A stretch of 64,000 nt of DNA, from contig OZ234493.1 of the NCBI GenBank assembly GCA_965153455.1, positions 10,964,213 to 11,028,212 on the forward strand, written 5' to 3'. Of the stretch, positions 23,641 to 36,829 are shown in pieces. Both the position numbers and the translations under genes were made by a program. Position 1 is the first letter of the stretch, and each line of letters starts with the position of its first letter. Source of the stretch: Sphagnum compactum (lineage: Eukaryota). The notes below the pieces were generated by a model. The model did no database searches and was not told where the DNA came from. It saw only the letters and a list, made by a program, of their open reading frames with translations.

Positions 23641-25707
23641 GAATCTACCATACCCGTAATCGATTTCGCAGGGTTCCATGGCACTGAGAGACGTCCTCTG
23701 ATTCTCCAGCAAATCAGATGTGCTTCCGAGGATTGGGGATTCTTTCAGGTAGAATTCTTTTGTCCTTGGACCTACCCTCATCATGGCAATGCAACTATCA
23801 TTACATTCCTATGAGAAATTGCATACTCAGGGAGATGCAAAACCTTGCAATGTCTTGTCATCTTGTAACCTTCCGATTCAAGTCATGGGACACTGTCATT
23901 TACTATGCGGATTTGGATGCTGTACTCGTCAATTGATGCAAAGCTGTAATGTATAGGGGAAGGAACAAGGAACCCTTTTGAAATTTGGGGGTCTTCCTGG
24001 ATTGAAGGGCCCAGCCATGGGCAATGCCCTTGAGCTTGGGCCCGAAAATCCAGAAAGACCCAAAAAGGGGTTCCTTCTCCAACATGATGAACATTTTAAA
24101 TTTCAGGAATCTTACAAAACAGATAGGTACCATTCAAGATGTTCTGTCTTGGGAGGTTTGTCAAATTACAGAGGCGAACTTTAAGAAGGTCATGAAGTTA
24201 TCTCCAAGTCCTTGCTTTCTTGCATGTGGATTGTTGTTTTGTTAACCCATTTGTTTTCCTTTTCTGTGTGTTTTGTGTGTGGTGGTGGGTGGTTTATTGT
24301 GTTTCCTTTTTTCTCAGATCATAAATCATGGTGTTCCTCCAGCTCTATTGAATGACATCTTACACACACACAAGGAGTTCTTTGAGATGCCACTGGAAGA
24401 ACAAATGAAATACTACAGCAAGGATATGAATGCACCCTTCAAATTCAGTGTGGTTCCATTGCTACCTCCGCACTTGATTCAACCTTGGAAAGATGGGTTA
24501 ACTGTTATCTATTCCAAGGGGATGGATACTACGAATTGGCCTACAAAACCTACAACATTTATGTCAGTCTTCCAGCCAGCATAATTCCAGTTTCTTCACT
24601 TCTTTTTTCCAGTTTTGTCAATACTGAATTTTTCTATCCCAGATTCACAAGAAGCAGTGTCTCACCAGTGTTACGAGAGCTGTCTAGATATCACAGTTTA
24701 CGAGAAACAGCATTGTGACAAATGACACTACAAAGTCAACTTTCTTGTTGTTTTTCCTCTTCAGAGATGTGACCCTGCGATACAATGAGGCAGTGAATGT
24801 GCTCAAGAGGGAGCTTCTGGGTGCTCTGTCTGAGAGCCTCGGGTTGCAATCTTCCTTCATTGATGATCTATGCAGAGAATTTCAAAAATCGAACTCCAAT
24901 TACTATCCACCATGTCCTGAGCCACAATATGCTTTCGGAGCTCGACCACATTCGGATCCCACCACGATCACTCTCTTATTGCAAGACCATGTTGGAGGCC
25001 TTGAGGTTCGTGATAAGCATGGAGAATGGATGCAAGTCAAACCAATTCCGCATGCTTTTGTTATCAACTTAGGCGATCAGCTGGAGGTAAGAGTGAACAA
25101 CCACCATGAATTATTACTACTTCTCATGAGGCGTTTGGCTGCTGCAACCCTGATTTTTCTTTCTATTGTTAGATGTGAACTTGACATATGTTGCAACAGG
25201 CATAAAACTTGCTCTACTTGCAAGCAAGCAACACAAGAGTGCCACCAATTGGTAGAAGATCCTGCATTCCTACACTTCTTTGCACAGAGGATTGTTATGT
25301 ATGTAGCAACAGGTATAAATCTTGTTCTACTTGCATGCTAGCAAGCAAGCAAGCATCATAAGTGTAGCTGATGGGGTTGGCAGAGGATCCTGATGATGTG
25401 ATGTCCAATCTTACTCAAGGGAATACTACATTTTGTTCTGTTGCAGATTATTAGCAATGGCAGATACAAGAGTGTGGAGCACAGAGTTACAGTGAACTCC
25501 AATACCGCCCGGATTTCGTTTGCAACTTTCATATATCCTTCAAAAACAACCAAAGTTGGACCTCCGCTGGAACTAGTTAACCTAGAAGAAGGTGAGCCAT
25601 ACAAGGACTTCATTTATGGTGATTACTTAGCTGAATTTGTGGCATTTGGAATCAAAGGCAAACGCTTCATCGACCATGTCAAAACCACTGGCCTTCACTA
25701 CAATTGA
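23452..25707 (+). CDS. 2-oxoglutarate/Fe(II)-dependent dioxygenase, DOXC class (DMR6/FNSI/F3H-like superfamily); exons 23452-23748, 24318-24562, 24765-25086, 25447-25707
   Basis: IPVIDF...ASEDWGFFQIINHGV (DIOX_N), NYYPPCPEP, HSD...HRV iron triad, RIS 2OG-binding motif, INLGDQLEIISNGRYKSVEHR. Canonical three-intron layout. Confidence 0.95.
23967..24076. repeat. Foldback/MITE-like inverted repeat in 2OGD intron 1
   Basis: AAGGAACCCTTTT...GGGTCTTCCTGGATT...GGGCCCAG pairs with CTTGGGCCC...AATCCAGAAAGACCC...AAAAGGGGTTCCTT. Confidence 0.8.
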
Positions 25708-26478
25708 AGCTCATCATAAGACTAAAGTCTCATCAACCAAAATGTTGATCATGTGGAGGATTTGCACTCTCACATTTGCAAAAAGTATTGTCTGTACATT
25801 GTTACTACTTATGGGTTGTTTCTGCAGCTTTGTTTGAGGAACCACAGGGCTCCAAACTTGTCAGAAGTAAACTTGCAAAAGATTTTGTTGTTGTAACCTT
25901 TGTTTGAAGGAATCATTTATGTTTGGAATGTTGAAAGATTGGTGAGCTCTAAGCACACTGATGTTCTTATGTTAGCCAATCTGAGTGATCTTTGAAAGAG
26001 TCAGTAAAAGAAAATGATCGCTTTTCATTGCTCAAGGTGATGGTGGCATTTAAATAGTCTCTCACTTTATGTTGTCCAATTTTTCATGTTTATTGGCGGG
26101 GATGGGGGAAATAATAAACTCTCTATGTTGAATGTTGTAAACCCTGGCAGAGGTTACAAATGGGGGGTGTGGATACAAATGTGCATATGCATTGCATGTG
26201 CCTGACTCATAACTACAGTAGTAGCTCCTGTCATTTGAAGTGATATGCAGGTGTTCACCATGGACCTTTACCCTTTGAAGTACTAAGATACCAGTTCATG
26301 TGTTGTAGAAATTATGAACATTGAAGAGCTGTAAGGAGAGACAGACAGACAGACAGACAGAAGCACAATATTGGGGGAAACCACTCAGGAAAAGACAAAA
26401 GACCTGATACCTGATATGAACCAAAGCCTGGTTGATGAGGAGCCTTTAGGATCAGTTGTAGTGAAGGCCAGTGCTTTT

Positions 26479-26674
26479 GACATAGAAGGTACAAGGGTTG
26501 TTGGGTCAGATATGAAACAGGGAGTTACCTATTATCTCAGTTATGGTCAAAATTCTATACCTGTAGAAAATTCTATACCTCTTTTGGACACTAAAGGTAT
26601 AGAATTTGTCCACACTTGAGATGATATACTCCCTGGTTCATCATATCTGACCCAACCCTTGTACCCTCCATGTC
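26479..26674. repeat. Long inverted repeat (~80-bp arms), MITE-like foldback
   Basis: GACATAGAAGGTACAAGGGTTGTTGGGTCAGATATG...AATTCTATACCT pairs with AGGTATAGAATT...CATATCTGACCCAACCCTTGTACCCTCCATGTC. Confidence 0.85.
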
Positions 26675-28382
26675 TCATCAATTGTACCAGTGTAGTAGGT
26701 GCTGCTGATTCAGCCAAGGCTTATTATGGGGATGAGGTTCAAATCTTGTGTAAGGTAGCCACCCAAGGTCAAAGGCATTTTTCCAAAAGAAGGGATTACT
26801 TGAGGTTGGAACTGAGTGTCAGCCCACTTCCAGTAATGCCCCCCAATTGGGACATGCAAGGTACATAAAGACCTGCTTGAAAAACTTAGGGATGAGATGA
26901 TTATCCATGAAATCATAAGGTGGATCATCTACAAGGTTAAAAAAATGGAAGATCTCACCAGAAAATCCCTAAAAAAACAGAAGATACTTCCCTACTGCCA
27001 AAAAGCCCTTCTTGAAAATGGCAGGTCCTTGGTCTACTTCACAGTGCATTTTGGTCTTTCTCTTGTCTTTCTCTATTGTCTTTCTCTGATGTTTAGGGGT
27101 TAACAATCCATGTGCTATATGGGGAGAGGATGGTGCAGCTCTGCTTATATCAAAACATGTCAAATCTCCACATTCAACTCCCTTTTTCTTGTTTATTGTT
27201 AAATGTCGTATGTTGTACTCTTGTCAATCAAACTCCCATCGTACTTAGTCTGGTTAGGCTCTAATTAAAATCAATTACAACCATAGTACCTAGCTTGGTC
27301 TGGCACTAAGAATTACTTTTCAAGATTGCCAAAAACTTCCCTAACTGCCATGCCAAAAATTTGAAAGAAACTAATAATCACACTAGATTCATTATTTTGT
27401 ATAATGCCAAATTATAAAATATTATTATTTTTTGCTGCCAAACATAAACGACAAAATAATATTATTAATAAATAATTAGGCACCTTGCTAACAGTGTTGG
27501 TCTGTCTGCTTTGACTAAGGCTAACAAAACTACTGAGAAAAGTTCTTGCAACTGTTATAGGTACTAAAAGTAGCCAGAGGAATGATTTTCAATCCTACCC
27601 AGATGCATATCCTGCACCAATTGACATGCAGTTCTTCAACCTCCCCCCAGTATACATACCTTACAAGCATTTTAGTTATTATTGAGCCAAACCTGACACA
27701 TGAAGATGAAATTAATCCCAATACCTGTACCAAGATATTCACCACAAATTGAAAAAATCCCAAAACATATACCACACCGGTATTTTCAAATGGACATACC
27801 CACCCAACACCAGAAGCTGTACATCAGTGATAATAAATTTCTTGTACTAGAGAAAGATACAGGCATTTCAATTGATTCCTTCCTGCTTTCATTCCCCCCT
27901 GCTTTCAATTACTATGGTCATGGGGGCAGACGTGAGGCGTTGAATGTGTATCTACATACTCCCAACAAGGCCATCCTCAGAAAGCTACTGTTTGTATTTT
28001 GGCACCATACAAACAGTGTAGATGGCCTCTTGCAGTACAAACCTTGAGAGGGCAGTGTTGGCCAGAGTTTCTTGCACATCAGTTTATCACACTGCCCTGA
28101 TATTGTCTCCAATCTACGACTGTCAGGACATCCAATTGCCCTTGTAGTGTTGCTGATAGACGAATCTACAAAATGGTTGAGAATCAAAATGGTCTCTCTT
28201 TCAGATGTTGTCTTCTGGTGAACAGAACACAACAAAAAACGATGGTGGCACGCAAATGAGAAGGTTCAAGGTTTCAAATGTGATTTTAAGTCAACTGCAA
28301 CACATAATTATTTGCTGGATGATTTCACCCATGTGACCTGCAAGCACAGAGGTGATGGGACTGTTGTTACACAGGAATCAGG

Positions 28383-31300
28383 TTACTGCCCAGAGAGAAG
28401 TTGATCCATGGAGGAAAGGGGGCCACCCTGGATGCCGACAGCCATATGTTGTGGTGGGTGCATCTGTCCTCCTCGCACATTCATCATTAACTGTGCCAAC
28501 CATCTTCGAGTTGTTGGATCCTCCTGCAACCGTCCACATATATCTCATAAAAACCTCACATTAAAAAGCCCTTGTCTGGAAATCTACTAACTCATAACCA
28601 TCCACACCATACATCCAAATGTAGCAAGGACAATACCAGGATGCACAGAGGGTCCAAGATTAGTGAAGACAGAAAAGAGTAAATTTCTTGATGTAAACTA
28701 GACTTGATGCAACAGACCACGTTGAAAACACAAGGCATGGATGAATTAATTCATGTATTTGCAATTGCAGTAAATCATGTCAGGTTCCCCCTTGTCCTCT
28801 CAGACATTACCATAATGCCCAGAATCTTAGATGCAAGGCTCAACCACTACTAAGTTCAACAGGGTTATCAATCACAAGTATCTCCATAAATACTGAGAAC
28901 TTCTCCATACCCTCAATTCAAGTCAACCTGGATAGAACTGAGAGATGGCCTGACACTAAGGTTATGGAGACTTCAGATCTGACAATATACCAGTGACCAG
29001 GACAAAGACCCCAAAAAACCCTAAGAAACACAGGAAAACAAAAAGGAAAGTTTAAGCTATTTGAAGAATAGCAAAAGCTACACAAGCATTTGAAATACCA
29101 CTATACAATGACTCAAATACATACACAAGCCATGCCCAAAAATTTTACCCGGAGACAGTTATTGAAAGTCCCATTTTGAAGAAAGTCGGGAAGGCAATTT
29201 TTCAGAGCCTCACATGCCCTGCAAGGCATTACACACCAGTTCCCCAAGTTGTCATTGCATGAGATGAATGTAAGAATGCCTCATTTCATATTCATTGAGA
29301 TTTCAAGTGTAACATGCACCCAGCCCTTCTGAAGTATTGCACTTCAACTCTCACTGAATAGGAAATAAAAGCATCCTATAGTAACAACTAGCAAGCCATT
29401 GATGACACAAAAACCTGCTCATCCACTTTGATCACAGTTGCACAAGAGGATACAGAGCACTGGTGCAACATGGTAGAGTGATCAACAGGTTGCCCTGACC
29501 TGGGGTTATCAGAAAGACGGAGATAGCAGCGGATGATATGCTTGAGAAGGCGCGCAGAGGGCTGTTCAGCTAGCAGTTGCACCATTGTTGCTAGCACTGC
29601 CCCAACAGCAAAGAAACGTTCTGCTGTGGCACATATGTAGTTTAGCCCAACATCATCCAGCAATATTTTCTGCACTATGAATGTTGCAACCTGCCATCCA
29701 CCCCCAGCAGATATTTTCCTGAACTCAGTTTCTTGCTGCTAATGCTTCTTAGTGAAAGAACACCGAGGCCCAATGTAAAAAAAATGGTTCTGCCTGTGAC
29801 TAATACAAAGGGACCTGAATTGTATAAACCGTCAGATACCCCATAAAAAAGAATAGAGGCGCTAAAGCCACCAAATACACACATGTCAATTGAATTGTGA
29901 AACCTTCTACAGTTAACGACATGGATGCTTTCAAAAGTTCACTTGTACCAAATCCTTCAGAGAGACAATCTCCTCTGATCTGAGCAGCAAACAGTGGAAG
30001 TCCCCACACATGATGTTTTCCTATAACAGCTTATCAGATTCACACAAGTTTGGCCACATCAATGAGAATTCTCTCAGAAGGCGACACAGGGAGAGAACAT
30101 TCTACTCACAGTCTTTGAAAGTTCACTGCCCATCTCCATTGTGCGCAGACAAAGAGGTATAATCTCTGTAGAGAGAAGAAAATTTATGACCTCTGTGTCA
30201 TCAACCTGCGTGAACAATCCACAAATTCACTTCTGACACTTTCTGCAACCATTGCCTGGTTTCCAACTGCTTGGAAACAATTCAGAAAGAGACCACTGAC
30301 AGGCAGCTAGCAATTCAGGAAAAAACACTACACAATGGAAGCCGACAGTTAAATGAGATACGAGAGTGGCATCTACACGATAACATGAGAGAGCTTACCT
30401 TAACAAGGGCACCAATAACACCAAGACTGGTGAGACGTAAGTACTCAAAAGGCCGGGTCTTACTCACAGTATTCAGAAATGGATAGAGATAAAGTGGGAT
30501 ATGGGCTGCACAACACACTCTCTCTGTCAGTGTAACAGTCATGAAATTCTTCTAATTCTTTCCCTTGCAATTATTCTGTCTCTTTGCCCAAACATGTCAC
30601 ATACAAACTGGTAACTATACTAAAAATTCAGTGAGGCCTGCTCCTTGTCAGAGTAAAATTCACACAGCATTCTTCTCCAGAATTCTCTCCCTCTTGGTCA
30701 TTTTTTATCATACATCAGTAAATACCAGTAGAAAGCACAGAAGTGATTACCATTGAGAAAAAGAGTTCGGGTGTCAGGATGTGAAGCTACACACTGCATG
30801 GTACAATCCAATCTTCGATCAGTCTTTTAACCAAGTAAGTGCCTCCCCACATTGACATGCATATAGACCAACAGATACTAACAACATGAGGCTTCCCTCA
30901 AAAGGAGGAGGAACTCCAAGGTGAGAATGAATCATCAAACAGTCCAACCTGAAGCAAAGCCAAGGCATTGCAAACGCGATTAGAAGCTCCTGCTGTGAGA
31001 GTAGGCGGAGACAGCATGGGATAGATAGAGACAATCTCCTGCCAACCCCACAAAGATATATACAACCTGATTTGAGATTCATTCATCAGTTGCACACTAC
31101 TTTTGGGCTCTTGACCAGCAAAAACAGGAAAAGTAAACTTCAAAACACAACTGCAGGAGCTATGCAATCATATAAATTAGAAGAAGCACTAGTAAGAGCT
31201 GTTTAAATTGCACCCAAATTCTCGGGTTGACAGCATCTAACCTGTAAAAGTGCTGCAATAGTACCACATGAATGCCACAACATGGGAGCTAAGTCTGGAA

Positions 31301-32222
31301 AGGCCTCCCGTTTCTGCCATACAACCATGATCAGTTCTTGACTGATAATGAAGATCGACCACCAGGAACAAAAGAGGTTGACTACAAAGCTGCTTAAACA
31401 GACTGTCCTCACAACCAAGCAACACAACAACAGCACAGATCCTACTATTTCCAATTTCCACAAAATTCATTCATAAGTCCAATAATTACTGTTCCTAATT
31501 CCACAACTTGCTAAAAAGACCCATGAAAGAAGCTTCATAACCACAACAATAGAGAACCCTAAAACACAACTTTTCTGGTCCTAATCCCACAACTTGCTAA
31601 AAATCCCTTCAAAGAAGCTTCATAACCACAAAAATAGAGAACCCTGAAACACAACTTTGCTGGTCCTAATTGCACAACATGCTAAAAAAACCCATCAAAG
31701 AAGCTTCATAACCACAAGAATAGTGAACCCAAAAACACAACTTTGCAGCATTCTTGGAGTTTATTTCTTCTTTTTGAATCTAAGGTTGTAAACCATGGCA
31801 TCTGCTACTATTTGAGGAGGTTTACTCAGAGAAAGTTGCTAATAGCTTCACCGCAGGCAGGCACAAGATATCATGAAACGATAACAAAGCTTCTCCAAAT
31901 TTTGACAACAATCCAGTAACACAGTTTCTTTCACTGGGATGTAAAACCCTATAAACAATTTAGGGCAACTATTTCTCTCTCGTTCTTGTGCGCAGCAACT
32001 TCTTGCTCTGAAAACTAATTTGTGCAGAAATGAAAATCCTTCGCACAAAGCTGAAGAGAGAATGAGGAAAAAAAGAAAATGCACAAACATACACACAAAC
32101 ACACTCACACACACACACACAGGAGTACAGAACAGAAGCCGTACCTTGGAGAGGTCAAGAAGCGCATTTTCTCGCTGCTCAGGTACAATCAACTCCAAAA
32201 CCAATTGCTCTGCACTCGTCAT
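28383..32222 (-). CDS. CNOT9: CCR4-NOT subunit 9 (RCD1/CAF40); exons 32222-32145, 31313-31242, 31038-30949, 30793-30751, 30505-30399, 30205-30110, 29690-29500, 29218-29149, 28523-28383
   Basis: Spliced product: [41 protein letters not shown]...[21 protein letters not shown]...[13 protein letters not shown]...[19 protein letters not shown]...[20 protein letters not shown]...[23 protein letters not shown]. All junctions GT-AG. Confidence 0.96.
31494..31747. repeat. ~86-bp tandem repeat, 3 copies, in CNOT9 intron 1
   Basis: CCTAATTCCACAACTTGCTAAAAA...AAAGAAGCTTCATAACCACAA...AAACACAACTTT at 31494, 31580 and 31665. Confidence 0.9.
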
Positions 32223-32472
32223 GCTTTCTGTTTCTTCAATACACACCACCAGAAAAAGAAAAAGAAAAAGAAAGTGGCCAACATGAAAACAAACAAGAAA
32301 CCTAACACCCTTTCGCGAGCAAACAAAGCGAAGAAGAAGAAGAAGAAGAATAGGAAGAGGAAGAAAACAAAAAACAACCCTAACCCACCAAAATGTCCCA
32401 AAATGACACAAAACAACAAACAAATAGATACTGCACCAACGAATTGGCTGTTACTTTTTTTCCGCTTCCACT

Positions 32473-32583
32473 GAAGAAGAAGAAGAAGAAGAAGAAGACG
32501 GAAGGTCTGCTGCAAACATGAATACAATATATCTGTCCTCCAAAGTGAGGTGGTATTCACAACAACAACAACAACAACAACAA
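32473..32583. repeat. (GAA)n and (CAA)n microsatellites in the CNOT9 5' leader
   Basis: GAAGAAGAA run at ~32473-32498 and CAACAACAA run at ~32560-32583. Confidence 0.9.
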
Positions 32584-35500
32584 GGGAGCTGCTGGTTCTG
32601 TAAATCCAAGCAGAAAAATGGGAAGAAGAAGCTCATCAGCTGCAAAGCTCCATTGGCTCTCTTCCTCTCATCAAAATTCAAACCAGTGTTGGTTGGGTGG
32701 GGTACCAGTAATGGAACCCGCCGGGTATGTCCGTAGTTCTTCTTTCCCAGTACCGTAATACCTTTACCATTTGGACAACAAATTGCTGAATATTTATTTA
32801 AATTTGAAATCTTAACTTTGGCACTTGATTTTTTTTATTCTGAAATTTTCAGTAAGTAATGGTCATGCAAATTAATAAACAAAGTTTTCATTAGTGTTAT
32901 GGAACAATTTAGTGTGTTTAGATTATTTCACGTTTAAATCATTGTCATGAGAGGTCCACGATTCAAAACTCGACAATTGAACTTTTAAATTTATTAAAAT
33001 TTCGACACAAATAATGAATAATTTTTCAAAAGTTCGACAAAACAAAAAATAATTTAATTGATGCCAAAATGGATAAAAGATGCTACGATAATAATACCAA
33101 TGAGAGTTTTTCAATCGATTGTACCAAGTTTATATGCCTATTTATTACATAATGAACATTTCTCAAAACGTGGGACCAAATGAAAGCTACATAATTCCAT
33201 AATCTCTACTTTACAAGCAAAGCCAACAACTTGAAAAATGAGCTTGGTATGAAATGGTATTTACCCACAAAAAGAAAACAAATCACACACATGGGTATCT
33301 ATATACCCTACCACCTTCGAAGCTTTCATATTAATTATACTATTTTTTAAATGTTGAAATTTTCAGAATTGCCTTTTTTCAATCAACAAAAAAATGTATG
33401 AAAAAATATATTGAATTTTAAAGAATAGTTTATTTGTCAAAATGAAAGTTACAAAATTAATTAATTGTTAAATGGATGTGTGTCCAATCTACCAAGGTAC
33501 TATAGTTTTAGATTTACATGCAAACACATTTATAGGAACTACTAGCATGCATTTATTCTTCTAGGTATTAGCTAATGCAACCTTAATTTTACACATTTTT
33601 AGACTATACAAAACAAAATTATTTACAAAACATTTTCAAGTTCCATCAACAAAACAAGCAGGTGCAAGAAAACTCTCAAAATTGCATAAAGAATGAATTG
33701 TCCAAAAACAAAAAGATAAAAACATAAATATTCAAAATTTCCTTCCAAAACCTCAATTCAAATTTGACAACTAACTACTTACTAAGTACATACATTACAT
33801 TTTACTTTCACTAACCCATATGTCTCCTTAATATTACTTGATCTATACTTTGGATTCCATCCTTGAAATCCTTGTGATGTACAATTGAATCTAAAGTTAA
33901 AATCATCTATAAACATTATTCTTCATTTGCTACTTGTTGAAATATTCATATTATTGTTTTTTGGTTTATCAATGTAGATACCTATTGTTGTTCCCCCCAA
34001 TCTTTTAAATCCACTTCCTATTGCTCTTCCACCACCGCATGTCATTGCTTTGACAATTTCTCCTATGGTTGCTCATGTGTATGACCAATCCTAATCATGT
34101 AATGTTTGAAATGGTGTGTTGAACTCATTTGATAAAGATTCCTATATTGAACAACAATAGGTGCCTACTATTCTTCTACTATAATTTCCATCTCTTGCAT
34201 ACATGTGTTAGTTCCTTCTTTTATCTCCATTGGTCTTGTAGGTTCCTAGTCAAATGTTTTTAGTTCTTCAACAAATTATTCTTCTTCTTCATGATGTTTT
34301 CCACTTGTACCTACCTCATCATTCCCCGAAAGGCTAGATAATTTCTTTTGATTGAATGTTGGGGTACATAATGAAAACCTACAAAGTTACACCTAATATG
34401 CTTTCAATTAATGCATGTAAATGTTTTCATCCAACTTGAACTCCTTAAACATTCCTTAATGTATTTTTTGAACATGTTGTGCACCATGTCCCACCACTCA
34501 ACTAGGTCTTGTACCTCCAACTCTAATGCCTTTCTTCAAAGATTTCATAACACATTATTTATTTTCATATTCTTACAACATGTGGTAAGAGTAGTAAGGC
34601 TCCATGTTTTTCATTTTCTCCATGATTCCATGTAGTCTAATAATGTCCAATTTCAAATTTTGTACCTCTCTTTAGACGTTTGTTACCATCCTATCCTTTT
34701 CCAACTCAATGGTTGTGGTTCTATCAATTCCCGGAATCATTACTTCATGCACCTCCTCCACTTGAACTTGCAAGTTTGATAGTTTTATTCCATGACCTTT
34801 TTGGTTTTCTGTTAGCCCTTCTAATGTATAATTAAATCATGTGCTTGGTGTTTCACCATTCAATAGTCCTAATTTTCTTGTTCAAACTCCTATTATAAAT
34901 GATGTTTCTCCAACTTCATCTTTTCATACTTTTACACATGCTCTTAAAAAAAAGTATTTTTATTTTTAATTTGCAACCATAAGATTTTAATGCATTGCTA
35001 CCACATGTATATCCTTTTCCTTAATCAATTGTTGTAATTACTCCACCTCTGCCAAGGTTTGTTATAGTGATTTTTTCATCTATTTCTCATCCTCCACATG
35101 TTTGTTAACTAATTTGAGACCAAACAATTCCAATAGAATTACGTTCATTTGTTATTTGTATTCAACCATTTGCTAACACATGCCTTCAACCATCACATGT
35201 GGATCTACCTTTTTGCCAATCTACCTTTTACTTGATGTGTGAAAACCTAATGTGGTTTCCATGTGGAACTAATTCCTGATGATTAACCAAAAGTTTTATA
35301 TGCAAACTTGTTAGACATATAAGAACCTACTACTAATGGTGATATGTCTTCAATAACCACCTATTCCACTCCTAATATCGATTAGTTAGTTACATTTACG
35401 AGTCTACCCCCAATGACCAATGATGTCTTTCTTGGTGTTGATGTGTCATATTTATACTTAAGTACCAAGTGCTACTCCTAATGCATGTTGGCCATGTCTT

Positions 35501-36829
35501 ACACCAAGTCTATCCTTAGTGGCCACATGCTCCATCTATGGTGTAGGTTGACCATGTATAGTCTTGGTACCCGTTATTCCTTTTCCAATTACAACATGAC
35601 TCAACATCATGGTAAGGTTTTGGTGATCCTTCCTTCATCACCTATTCCCCATGCTATTGGTTTGTATATTGGGGTGTAGGAGTTTTCTCCCTTTGCCTTA
35701 CTTGTGCATTTTGTTGTTGTATTTGCTTAAATGTTGCGGTACATTTATTGTACCTCTCAGTTTTTGTCTCTTCCTCCTAATAAAATCAACTATATAATCC
35801 TCTTGCTATTCATTTAACTATAATGTATTCATAGGTGGTGTCCTTGTTTATTGTCTTTCCTCCTATTATTATTGTCAAGGATATAGACTTTCAACCCAAA
35901 CTTCAAGTTTTCATCAATTGCACCCTCATTTGCTTCACATTCTAATTTAATATATGCTCTAGATATTTTAGGTGCATGCACCTATTTTAGTTCCGCTTCT
36001 AGAAAGCATTCTTACGTCAGAAGCACCTTTATGGTAGAAGTTCAATTACTAGGTCCTTTGTTGGTACTATTTTTCATGTTCCATTCAACATCTTTCTATA
36101 TTGTGTAATTTTCCACCTTTGGAGTTCTTTCAGGTGATTGAACATATAGTGGCAAATCTATTGTTTATTTCTTGATTTGTCGTCATGAAAGTAATCTTGA
36201 ACTTGGCTAAAACCATGTCCCTATCAATGCATATAACCTTGTGCAAGCATCTAATCATATGTTATGAGTTTTGTTGATCATAAAAATTGGGTACATTTTG
36301 AAGGTTTGTCATTCAAAATAAAGGTTAGTTTTTTTCATTACATATTTTTTTTGTGACACCCTAATTACATACATGTGAACTACTAATGACTAATTAATAG
36401 TTGCATTAGTGTCCACATGTTTTGATAAATTAACTTGATTTACCTTTTCATTGGTTGTTAACATATAAAGTCATGACATGTCATCTACCTGTTTTTTCAT
36501 AAGTTCTTACATTCTTTCACTGCCTATTGTTGTTCTAGCTTGTGACATGTCATCTACATGTTCACTTGCAAGTTTTTTTCCTCGTCACTGCATGTTGTTC
36601 TTCCAACTTGTGACACATCATTTACCTATTCTTTTGCAAGTGAATTTGCTTACGTTGTCTTATCCTAATATTAATGTAATTTCCAACTCTATGTTTAGGT
36701 CATTAAATGTTTCCACACACTCCTAACTAGCTTATTTGACTATCAATTACAAAAATATGCACTTTATCAACATACTCATATAGTTTATGTTTATTAACAT
36801 TTATTAACAAAGGATTAGGTTCAAACTTA

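Noticed and set aside
31848-32560. Long hydrophobic or Lys-rich ORFs around the CNOT9 start
   Set aside because: Products of microsatellite/UTR low-complexity sequence. Only 32145-32222 is supported as coding.
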